This document shows positions 19,501-28,251 of a stretch of 64,000 nucleotides of DNA, one piece after another. The DNA is from Saccharofermentans sp. (GTDB lineage: Bacteria; Bacillota; Clostridia; Saccharofermentanales; Saccharofermentanaceae), in assembly GCA_024403795.1 (NCBI GenBank), contig JAKSRD010000006.1:12589-76588 (forward strand), read 5' to 3'. The translations under genes and the position numbers were made by a program. Every line of letters begins with the position of its first letter. Positions within the stretch are counted from its first letter, which is position 1. Under the pieces are notes generated by a model. The model was not told the DNA's origin and made no database searches. It saw only the letters and a list, made by a program, of their open reading frames with translations.

Positions 19501-19540
19501 CTCAGCTAGGCCTCAGTTAGGCCGGCCAGCTCAGCAAGGC
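19501..19540. repeat. Three 11-bp near-identical direct repeats CTCAGYWAGGC
   Basis: CTCAGCTAGGC 19501-19511, CTCAGTTAGGC 19512-19522, CTCAGCAAGGC 19530-19540. Confidence 0.6.
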
Positions 19541-19634
19541 AATATAACAAAAGTTCTTGATATCGACATTGCGGTGTATAATTAACAAATAGGTTTTATT
19601 CGGCAATTGGTTTTCGCGATATCGGAGAAGAGTC

Positions 19635-21407
19635 TTGGAAAGTCTTTGGAGCGTATATTATCCCAAAAAGTACGCACACCCTGTTACGGATACGGGTGAG
19701 ACTCTTTACATGAGGATACGAAGGATATCAGCCAGATTTCCCAACAGGATCGCAATCGAATACGGCTCAAAGAGGATCACATATTCGGCATTCATGGAGA
19801 AGATCGAAGAGGTCGCAGGAATCTGGAAGAAGCTTGGTGTCGTGAAGGGTGATACCGTTCTTCTCACCATGGGAAATAATCCGTTGAATATTGTAAGCAT
19901 TTACGCTCTGGATAAGTTGGGGGCGGTCACGGCTTTGTCGGTGCCGAATCTTGCAACGGAACACTTCGTAGAATATGCCAATTCCGTCGGTGCTGCTTAC
20001 TGTGTCATGAGCAAGAACCAGTACTGGAATTATAAAAATGTTCTGAAGGATACGAAGATCACCACTTTGGTGCTTGGCGAATACCGGTCGATGATCACGG
20101 GATTGAACAGATTGTCGATCTATTATTATGAACTTTCTGCATATGATCTTCCTGAACCTAAAGAGTTTCCTGAAGGCATCAGGGTGATCGGATGGAGAGA
20201 GTTTTTCGCGTTTGCCGGTGATGAACAAGAACCGGCAGATAATGAGTGTGATACGGATAATATGCATCCAGCAATATGTTTATTTCCCAGCGAAGCGAAG
20301 GCAGGTTTTAAAGTCTTGAAGTTAAGCTCGAAAAGCATTAACCTCTCGACGAATCTGACTGAGATGGTCTATATGGCCGATGAAGATCTGACCGGAATTC
20401 CTGCCAGGATACTCTGCCTTAATGAGTGCTGTTTTGCATTCGGATTGATATCCGGAGTCCTTTCGGTATTGTCATGTGCCCAGACAGCGCTTTTGTATAC
20501 CTGGTATGATTCGGAGAAGATCTTGTATGCGATAAGCCAGTTTAAGCCGGATGTCATCATCGGATACAACAGTACGATCGCATCGATCAATAAGGCCGGA
20601 AGCAGATCGGATGTGCTGCGTTCCGTGAACCGCATTATCGTAGGCGGCGGATTGCTTACAAGTGCGCAGAAGGCACTTCTTTTTGAGATTGCACAGAATT
20701 CACACAGAAAGATGTCGGTATGCTCGATAACCGGTTGTGATGAGCTTTTGATATATGCGTATGCTCCGTCTGATCTCGAGAGTGACAGATTGTTGGGATT
20801 CCCTGTTCCGGGCATAATTATGAGGGTCGCCGACAGTGAGACGGGACTTGATGTTCCTGAAGGTGCGGAAGGCGAGATAGCCGTATGTTCGCCGGTGGCA
20901 CTTACTCCTACACTGTCCGGAAATATGAAGAACTACAAGAAAATGCCTGACGGGAGGACCTGGTTCTTTACCGGTAAGATCGGTAAGCAGGATGCGAACA
21001 AGATGTTCTATCTTGTCGGAAGTAAAGCTCGAGAAGCGAGGATCGGCAGTTTCCCGATCTTCCTTGATATGGTTGATGAAGCCGTTCAGATGACTGAAGG
21101 TGTGGTGGAATCCAGTTCGGTAATGATCGAGAAGCCGGAAGGCCCCGTGCTTATCTCGGCTGTGGTGCCTTCGGAACGTTACTTTTACGATAATTCTTTG
21201 ATCGAAGATCTCAGGAACAGGATCAAGTCTGAATGTGAGATGATGCTTCATGAAGCCATGAGACCTTCAGAGATTACTTTCTTTGTATCGCTTCCTAAAA
21301 CTTCAATGGGAAGGATCGATTATGAGGCCGTAAAAGAAAAGGTAAATCTTATTCTGGATGAGAGTAATTCCGGTGAGAGCCCGAGTGAAAATGACGCATC
21401 TGAGTAA
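19635..21407 (+). CDS. AMP-binding (acyl-CoA ligase-like) protein with degenerate catalytic motifs
   Basis: ANL-family architecture (ITY..F, GVVKGD, G.PVPG, GEIAV, WFFTG, LPKTSMG); TTG start with GGAG SD. Confidence 0.75.
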   Translation: MESLWSVYYPKKYAHPVTDTGETLYMRIRRISARFPNRIAIEYGSKRITYSAFMEKIEEVAGIWKKLGVVKGDTVLLTMGNNPLNIVSIYALDKLGAVTALSVPNLATEHFVEYANSVGAAYCVMSKNQYWNYKNVLKDTKITTLVLGEYRSMITGLNRLSIYYYELSAYDLPEPKEFPEGIRVIGWREFFAFAGDEQEPADNECDTDNMHPAICLFPSEAKAGFKVLKLSSKSINLSTNLTEMVYMADEDLTGIPARILCLNECCFAFGLISGVLSVLSCAQTALLYTWYDSEKILYAISQFKPDVIIGYNSTIASINKAGSRSDVLRSVNRIIVGGGLLTSAQKALLFEIAQNSHRKMSVCSITGCDELLIYAYAPSDLESDRLLGFPVPGIIMRVADSETGLDVPEGAEGEIAVCSPVALTPTLSGNMKNYKKMPDGRTWFFTGKIGKQDANKMFYLVGSKAREARIGSFPIFLDMVDEAVQMTEGVVESSSVMIEKPEGPVLISAVVPSERYFYDNSLIEDLRNRIKSECEMMLHEAMRPSEITFFVSLPKTSMGRIDYEAVKEKVNLILDESNSGESPSENDASE

Positions 21408-21487
21408 GCATTGTTCCTTATTTCGTGGTATTATTCATTATCATTCGTTATGAATGAAAGTTTGAATATGGGAAAGAGGAGTAATAC

Positions 21488-23467
21488 ATGAAAAAGTTTT
21501 CAACTAAAGTAATAGCTTTGGTATGTGTGGCTGCTTTATCGTTTTCCGTTGCTGCTTGCAGCAAGGCGGGCGGCAAAACCGGCGGCGGAAGAGAGACTTC
21601 TGACGGAACTAAGAGAGTTAAGAACGGGAGCGGAGATCCGACATATACGACAGATGTTACAGATGTTACAGATGTTACAGATCCGACAGATCCGAGTGCA
21701 TTGGGTGATTTTATTCCCACGTCTGACACGCTTACTTATCCGGATCATGTAGCTGCATTCGAGGAGATCCATCCGTCGCATACTCCCGGCAACGTGAGCG
21801 GAGCTGATGCGGTCAAGCTTCTCAATGAAGTTGAGACGGACGTCCTTCATCACGAGATAAATTGCTACGCGGATATCGAGATCCTTTTCAAGGATCCCGA
21901 GAAATTGGGATATAAGGTTGACGACATAAGCTGGGGCGAAAGCACTGGCATCGATGGCTACGACGAGGAGAAACAGTATTATCAGGGATTGTTGGATAAG
22001 CTTCTGACGATCAATTTTGATTCACTTACCGGAGAAGACAGACTGTGCTACGACAGACTTGTTTATGACTTCGAAGAGAATATCTACGGTTATTCATATA
22101 CCGCATTCGAGTATTATGAGATGATATTTAACTATCTCGTAGGCCCGCAGTGTGAAGTTCTTTTCATTCTTGATGTCTATTCGTTCGATACGGTTGAGGA
22201 TGCCGATAATTACATTCTCCTGCTCAAGGATATCGACAGATATTACGACTCGATGTGTGAATATGAAGAAGAGAGAGCCGCGCTCGGTTTTGCTTCTTCT
22301 GACACAAGCTATGAGGAAGCTGCCAAATCATTTGACAGCCTGGTTGAACAAAAGGACGATTGTTTCCTTTACGATTCTTTCGAAGAGAGACTGGATAATA
22401 TCCAGGGATTGTCTTCTGCAGACAAGGACAGACTCATCAAGGATCATGAAACGGCGATGAAGGACGTTGTTTTCCCCGAGTTCCAGGAATGTGCAGATCG
22501 TATGAGAGGTCTTAAGGGTTCCGGCGGAGTTGATGCCGGTCTTTCTCAGTACAGAGGCGGTGACGCATACTATGCCATGCTTACAAGGGTTCTCTCAAAC
22601 AGCACAGCGAGCCTTGATGAGAGCGTTGCTGCAGTGGACGGCAAGCTTGATTCTGTCTTTACTGAATTCAATGCTATTCTCTCAAGCGGATACGGAGCTT
22701 GGGCTGATGAGTACTTGAATCACAAGTATTCAAAGGGAGATGTTCAGGATAACCTCGATTTCCTTCTTGAGGCCGTAAAGCGTGATTTCCCCGATATCCC
22801 TGCGCACGGATATTACCTGATGGATGTTCCTGAAGTGTTTGAAGAGAATTTCTCGCCGGCAGCTTATCTCGGTTATCATCTCGATAGCTTCGAGGATAAT
22901 GTGATCATTGTTAACAATGCCCAGGTTGATGATGATTTCGGCGTTACCGTTGCTCACGAGGGATATCCGGGACACATGTTCCAGTCCATTTATACACGTG
23001 CTCATACAACACATCCGTATATGCATCTTTCTGTTTCTACAGGATATCTCGAAGGATGGGCAACATATGTTGAGAATTATTCAATGGGATATTTTGCTGA
23101 TGATCCGAATTCTGACGGCGTAAAGATGATCACTTATGAATCACTTCTCAGCATGCTTGCGAGTACACGTGTTGAATTCGGAATACACATGGAGGGCTGG
23201 ACACTTACGGAGTGCGTTGATTATTTCAACAACTTCGGCTTCCAGGTAACAGAGGATAATTTCTCAAAGTTCTACACACTTATCATTACCGATCCGGGTT
23301 ACTACGTTAAGTACGGAATGGGTTATGTCTGGACGCAGAAGATAATGGATGACATGCACGCTAAGTATCCCGACGCTACAGACAAGGATATCCATACGGC
23401 ATATCTTGATTCGCTGACCGGAAACTTTACTTCCATTGAGAAGAACATGGACACGATCCTGGGATAA
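21488..23467 (+). CDS. DUF885 family lipoprotein (putative metallopeptidase)
   Basis: Lipobox VAAC; SPAAY, HEGYPGH, EGWATY motifs. Confidence 0.82.
   Translation: MKKFSTKVIALVCVAALSFSVAACSKAGGKTGGGRETSDGTKRVKNGSGDPTYTTDVTDVTDVTDPTDPSALGDFIPTSDTLTYPDHVAAFEEIHPSHTPGNVSGADAVKLLNEVETDVLHHEINCYADIEILFKDPEKLGYKVDDISWGESTGIDGYDEEKQYYQGLLDKLLTINFDSLTGEDRLCYDRLVYDFEENIYGYSYTAFEYYEMIFNYLVGPQCEVLFILDVYSFDTVEDADNYILLLKDIDRYYDSMCEYEEERAALGFASSDTSYEEAAKSFDSLVEQKDDCFLYDSFEERLDNIQGLSSADKDRLIKDHETAMKDVVFPEFQECADRMRGLKGSGGVDAGLSQYRGGDAYYAMLTRVLSNSTASLDESVAAVDGKLDSVFTEFNAILSSGYGAWADEYLNHKYSKGDVQDNLDFLLEAVKRDFPDIPAHGYYLMDVPEVFEENFSPAAYLGYHLDSFEDNVIIVNNAQVDDDFGVTVAHEGYPGHMFQSIYTRAHTTHPYMHLSVSTGYLEGWATYVENYSMGYFADDPNSDGVKMITYESLLSMLASTRVEFGIHMEGWTLTECVDYFNNFGFQVTEDNFSKFYTLIITDPGYYVKYGMGYVWTQKIMDDMHAKYPDATDKDIHTAYLDSLTGNFTSIEKNMDTILG
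21650..21694 (+). repeat. In-frame 9-bp tandem repeat (TDV x3, TDP x2)
   Basis: ACAGATGTT x3 then ACAGATCCG x2. Confidence 0.85.
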
Positions 23468-23493
23468 CCGAAAGTACATAACAGCTTAAAAAT

Positions 23494-23532
23494 GCCCCTC
23501 GGGAGTTATGCATAAAGATGCATCCGAGGGGC
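23494..23532 (+). terminator. Long hairpin after the DUF885 gene, probable terminator
   Basis: GCCCCTCGG/CCGAGGGGC stem with inner ATGCAT/ATGCAT, followed by TTATT. Confidence 0.5.
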
Positions 23533-23619
23533 TTATTATATGGCTGTTTTCACGTTCCCGTTTGTGAAAATTACCATTTAATTAATTTTTATTATAGAGG
23601 ATTGAGAAATAAAACGTTG

Positions 23620-23628
23620 TGTTATAAT
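23620..23628 (+). promoter_or_regulatory. Extended -10 promoter for the 1100-aa gene
   Basis: TG-T-TATAAT about 30 nt before the GGAGG SD and ATG. Confidence 0.5.
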
Positions 23629-23660
23629 TATCGTGAATATTTATACGGAGGACGGGCTTC

Positions 23661-26600
23661 ATGGCTACCTTAACACGGCTTGCAAGCACGCTTACTGCGC
23701 GCTATTTCCCTTCCAGCACACTTACCGACGCATTCTATCTTGACGGCAGACTGTGCGGCAAGAGAGAGACCAGACAGGCCGATATTACTATCGACAAAGA
23801 CGAGAGAGGTTTTTTCTTCTCGCTTTTTACTCACCCTACGATCGAAGGCTTTGAACTTGGTACGATCCCTCCTTTTGAGCCTCAGCTCCGCGGCCTTTGC
23901 AATGAAGTAAAGAACGGTCACAAAGAGATCGATGCAATGATCGAGAAGTTCCTGTCAACCGCAGTTGAGGTTGCCGGAACAACAAAGCTCATGGAGAATG
24001 AGACCAGAGATCCTTACTTTACCGGCGTTATCGTAAGAGATTCCGAGGCATTTGCCGTTACGATCGGCGGCGGTCTTGCATTCCTTTACAGAGACGATAC
24101 TCTTTTCCCTTTGACAGATGCGGGCATTCCCATGGAACCCATCGATGCATACGGTAACAGAGTAGGCGATTTCCTCTACTATTGCTCATCAAAGACAGCA
24201 AACGCTCTTTGGTCGAATTTCTTTACTCTTACTCCCGATGATTGCATCATCCTCTGCAATAAGTCGATCTACGATGCATTGGGTCAGAGAGAGATCTTGA
24301 GGATCCTCACGGATGCCGAAGATCAGTGTGATGCGGCAGGTCTTATCCTTACTCAGGCTTCTGCAAGAATGCCGAATACTCCGATGCAGATATCGATCTC
24401 ATTCGTTGAGAGTGTTACAAAAGAAGAGAAGAAAGGCTTATTCGGCAAGAAGAAAAAGAATAAGAATTACGACAGCGAGAGTCATGAGCTCTTGGAATCT
24501 ACGGTTGAAGGCGGAGAAGTCGGAGCAGCTGCAAAGGCTATTGCCGATGCCGGATTTGTTAATCTCACACCTGAAGAACCGGTAGTAGTGCCTGTTGCAG
24601 CCGCAGCGGCAATTCCTACTGACGGAAGCATCCAGTTCGGTGATATGGCCGGTCAGGCTGAAGCTCAGAAGGTACCGGAAGGTGATCTTGAATTCCCTGA
24701 TAAGAAGGTTGCTCCCGAGGAAGTATCTGCCGAAGAAGCCATGAGAAGGATCTTCGGTGAGATGAAGGAATCTTCTAAGAATGATTCTGAAGCAGTCTCC
24801 CAGGCTAAGGCTGAAGCAGAAGTTGCAGAGGATTCACCGTTCGTTGTAAATCTCGGTAATGATGATGCGCCGGTCGTTCCGATAACGGAAGAGAAGATCG
24901 AGACTCCGGCGGCTCCGGTAATGGAGACTGTATCCTCAACACAGTTTACTCCTGATATTGAGGACGATACTCCGACGAAGCCGGTTACCGATATCAATTC
25001 AGTATTGTTCACGGCAGGCGGTGCCGGAATTCTTGCACAGGCTCTTGCCGAATCCAAGGAAAAGGAACAGGAAAGCTTGAAGGAGACATCAATCTCCGAT
25101 CTGAAGGAAGAACCGGTAGTTCCTTCAGTTCCTGAAGCAATCGTAATTCCTGTTGTTCCTGCAGCAGAGGAGATTCCGGTAGTAGCTCCTGCAGCTCCGG
25201 TTGCTCCCTCAGCACCTGTTATTCCTGCTGCACCTGATATCGTTAACAAGGCGGAAGAGATCGTTTTCGCGCCCGGTGACGTAACAGCTGATTCAGGTGA
25301 TTCTGAAGTAGCTGCAAGTGTAGAAGATACATTTGATCCTTACGGAAAGATCAGCGCTCAGGAACTTATAAATACACCTCCGATCGTATTCGGCGAAGAT
25401 ACTCAGCCCGCTAAGGAGGATCCTGCATTTACCGAAGAGACAGCTTCGATTCCGGTACCTGACTTTGAGCTTGTTGACGAGAAGCCGGAATTGAAGGATG
25501 AGGATACTCTTGGTGTCGATTTCCCTGAGACAGAGAAGCAGCCTGAGATTCCCGTTCAGGAGCCCGTACCGACTGAGCACGCTGTCGTTCAGGAGATTCC
25601 GGTTGCACCCGTTCAGGATGATATTGTGCTTCCGTTCGGCAATTTCGTATTTACTTCGGGAAGCGAAGATGAGGCACAGGCAAAGGCAGATGATATCCCT
25701 CAGATGCCGCTTTATGATTCAGATAACTACAATAATCCCGTAAATGCCGTCGGTTCTGAACAGGATGTCTCACAGCCTTATGAGAATGCTACATTCTACG
25801 GTGATTATGCAGGCGAACAGGTACCTGTCGATGACAGTCAGGATATGCCGCCTTACCAGCCCTATGGTGCGGAGTCATTCTCTGAAGCAGATCAGAGCAG
25901 CTTCGGCGCATACGGCGAACAGACAGGATTCGAACAAGGAGGTGCTCCCGTGGATAACAGTGGTTATGCAGGATTCGAAGGCGCCGGTAACGGATACGTT
26001 CCCGGTTACGAGCAGGCACCTCAGGGAGGATTAGGAAACGCAGACGCTGTACCTGCAAACACAGCTACTTACTATCAGCCTGATATGTCCGGTATCGGGA
26101 ATGATGACTTCGGTTCACAGGCTCAGAGCGGTTACGGTGAGGAATTTGCACAACCGCAGGCTTCGGCTTCCTCTTCTGCTTCGCTTGACGATGAGTGGTT
26201 CAATAATATTCTCGGCGTTGATGACAATGGTCAGGCATACGGAAATGAACAGAGCTACGGTTATAATCCTGCTTCTGACAATGCACAGACAGCGATGCCG
26301 AATGCACAGCAGCAGGCGCAGTATACGAATCCCGGACAGACTTCTTACAGACCGTCAGGTTCAGGCCCCAACAACAACGGCAGAACGAGCGGAAGTGCTC
26401 CGCGCACGAATGCTGCCGGCGGCAAGGGCGGCAACGGCGGCGGAAAGAAGATGAAGCTTAACCGCAACGGTTATATGTTTATCGCTTTCCTTGCGATTCT
26501 GTTCATTTGCGTCATCATCGTGATCGCAGTGATCGCAAAGGGGTGCAGCAAAGAGCCTGTTGAGACAACTGTCGCTACGTCATCTACTGAACTTACCGTC

Positions 26601-26963
26601 CAGACTACGATGACTCAGGCAACAGAAGCAACATTGCCTGACGCCTCGGCTCCTATCGGTTACTTTGTATTCTCTGACAATATCGGATATAGAACATGGT
26701 GGGATCTTTTCCATTGCGTTTATAACATCGATCTTGAGAATGCAAATGATCCTAGGATCCTCAAGCTCATCGAATATAACAAACTTGACCCCGCAACCTA
26801 TACCGGTCCTAACAGCGGCGACAAGCTCCTCCTGCCTCCTGTAGGTGTTTTGACAGGTGAGATCCAGTCCACCTTCAATCCCGGAGGTGGAGAGACAACC
26901 GGTGAGACCACCGCTGCTGAGACGACGGCAGATGAGATCAACGGTTCGATCGCGATCACATAA
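23661..26963 (+). CDS. Single-TM protein: degenerate PP2C-like N-domain, long acidic disordered linker, TM, LysM-like C-domain
   Basis: AFAVTIGGGLAFLYRD..L.PLT and DDCIILC..IYDAL align with PPM motifs; KKMKLNR followed by TM; TWWDL...LIEYN.L...SGDKLLLP resembles LysM. Confidence 0.6.
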   Translation: MATLTRLASTLTARYFPSSTLTDAFYLDGRLCGKRETRQADITIDKDERGFFFSLFTHPTIEGFELGTIPPFEPQLRGLCNEVKNGHKEIDAMIEKFLSTAVEVAGTTKLMENETRDPYFTGVIVRDSEAFAVTIGGGLAFLYRDDTLFPLTDAGIPMEPIDAYGNRVGDFLYYCSSKTANALWSNFFTLTPDDCIILCNKSIYDALGQREILRILTDAEDQCDAAGLILTQASARMPNTPMQISISFVESVTKEEKKGLFGKKKKNKNYDSESHELLESTVEGGEVGAAAKAIADAGFVNLTPEEPVVVPVAAAAAIPTDGSIQFGDMAGQAEAQKVPEGDLEFPDKKVAPEEVSAEEAMRRIFGEMKESSKNDSEAVSQAKAEAEVAEDSPFVVNLGNDDAPVVPITEEKIETPAAPVMETVSSTQFTPDIEDDTPTKPVTDINSVLFTAGGAGILAQALAESKEKEQESLKETSISDLKEEPVVPSVPEAIVIPVVPAAEEIPVVAPAAPVAPSAPVIPAAPDIVNKAEEIVFAPGDVTADSGDSEVAASVEDTFDPYGKISAQELINTPPIVFGEDTQPAKEDPAFTEETASIPVPDFELVDEKPELKDEDTLGVDFPETEKQPEIPVQEPVPTEHAVVQEIPVAPVQDDIVLPFGNFVFTSGSEDEAQAKADDIPQMPLYDSDNYNNPVNAVGSEQDVSQPYENATFYGDYAGEQVPVDDSQDMPPYQPYGAESFSEADQSSFGAYGEQTGFEQGGAPVDNSGYAGFEGAGNGYVPGYEQAPQGGLGNADAVPANTATYYQPDMSGIGNDDFGSQAQSGYGEEFAQPQASASSSASLDDEWFNNILGVDDNGQAYGNEQSYGYNPASDNAQTAMPNAQQQAQYTNPGQTSYRPSGSGPNNNGRTSGSAPRTNAAGGKGGNGGGKKMKLNRNGYMFIAFLAILFICVIIVIAVIAKGCSKEPVETTVATSSTELTVQTTMTQATEATLPDASAPIGYFVFSDNIGYRTWWDLFHCVYNIDLENANDPRILKLIEYNKLDPATYTGPNSGDKLLLPPVGVLTGEIQSTFNPGGGETTGETTAAETTADEINGSIAIT

Positions 26964-26996
26964 TCGAAGCGAAAATCATTACTGACAAAAACACGA

Positions 26997-27035
26997 CCGC
27001 CTGCTGTATATTTTACGGCAGGCGGCTTGTTTTTT
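26997..27035 (+). terminator. Intrinsic terminator
   Basis: CCGCCTGCTGTA/TACGGCAGGCGG stem plus T-rich tail. Confidence 0.75.
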
Positions 27036-27130
27036 GGCTATTTAGTCAACTCTCATTTCTACAAAATAAACGGCTACAAGTATATAATTCTATTGCTCTA
27101 TAATTATGCGCACGGAAAGAGGTAATTATC

Positions 27131-28216
27131 ATGCATAAGAAACTGTTCATACCGGGTCCTGTAGATGTATCTCAAGATGTACTTGAGAAGATGGCAACAC
27201 CTATGATAGGACACAGAACAAAGGATGCTTCAGCTCTTCAGCAGAGCATTTCAGAGAAGCTTCAGAAGGTAATGATGACAAAGAATACGATCGTTTTGTC
27301 AACATCATCAGGCAGTGGTCTTATGGAGGGCGCAGTCAGAAGTTTTACAAAGACACGCGCTGCAGTTTTCTCTATCGGTGCATTCGGTAAGAGATGGCAC
27401 AAGATGTGTACATCTAACGGAATCGCAGCAGATCTTTTCGAATCAGAGCTTGGTCAGATCACAACACCTGAGATGCTCGAAGCAGCTCTCTCAACAGGTA
27501 AGTATGACCTCATTACGATCACACAGAACGAGACCTCAACAGGTATTCACAATCCTATGGCAAAGCTTGCCGAAGTATATAAGAAGTATCCTGACGTAAT
27601 CGTATGTGTTGACTCCGTTTCTTCAATGGCAGGTGATTACATCCCGGTAGACGAACTCGGAATCGACGTTTGCATTACATCAACTCAGAAGTGCCTCGGA
27701 CTTCCTCCGGGAATGGCCATCGCCTCTGTATCAGAGAAGGCATTGAAGAAGGCTGAGACAGTAGAGAACAGAGGTCTTTACTTCGACTATCTTGAGCTTG
27801 TTAAGTTCGTTAACGAGAAGCCTTATCAGTATCCTTCAACTCCTTCCGAGTCGCATATGTTTGCACTCGATTATCAGCTTGATAAGATCCTTGCTGAAGG
27901 TGTTGAGAACAGATATCAGAGACATTGCAGAATGGCAAAGATCGCACAGGATTGGGCCAGAGAGCATTGTGAGCTCTATTCAGATCCCGAGAATCTTTCC
28001 GTTACTGTTACATGCGTTACAAATACAACAGGCTTCGCATTCTCTGAGATCAACAAGGCCATGGGCGAGAAGGGGTATCTCATGAGCAACGGTTATGGCC
28101 CGCTCAAGGATAAGACATTCAGAATCGCTCATATGGGTGATCTTACAGAGGATGAACTCAAGACTATGCTTAAGGATCTGACTGAGACGTTGGATGAACT
28201 TAAGGCAAAGGCATAA
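27131..28216 (+). CDS. Class V PLP aminotransferase (alanine-glyoxylate/serine-pyruvate family; probable phosphoserine aminotransferase role)
   Basis: LFIPGP, HRT, NETSTG, VDSVSS, STQKCLGLPPG, FRIAHMG; directly upstream of serA. Confidence 0.85.
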   Translation: MHKKLFIPGPVDVSQDVLEKMATPMIGHRTKDASALQQSISEKLQKVMMTKNTIVLSTSSGSGLMEGAVRSFTKTRAAVFSIGAFGKRWHKMCTSNGIAADLFESELGQITTPEMLEAALSTGKYDLITITQNETSTGIHNPMAKLAEVYKKYPDVIVCVDSVSSMAGDYIPVDELGIDVCITSTQKCLGLPPGMAIASVSEKALKKAETVENRGLYFDYLELVKFVNEKPYQYPSTPSESHMFALDYQLDKILAEGVENRYQRHCRMAKIAQDWAREHCELYSDPENLSVTVTCVTNTTGFAFSEINKAMGEKGYLMSNGYGPLKDKTFRIAHMGDLTEDELKTMLKDLTETLDELKAKA

Positions 28217-28251
28217 TTAACATAGATTAATAATTTACGGGGGTATACACA

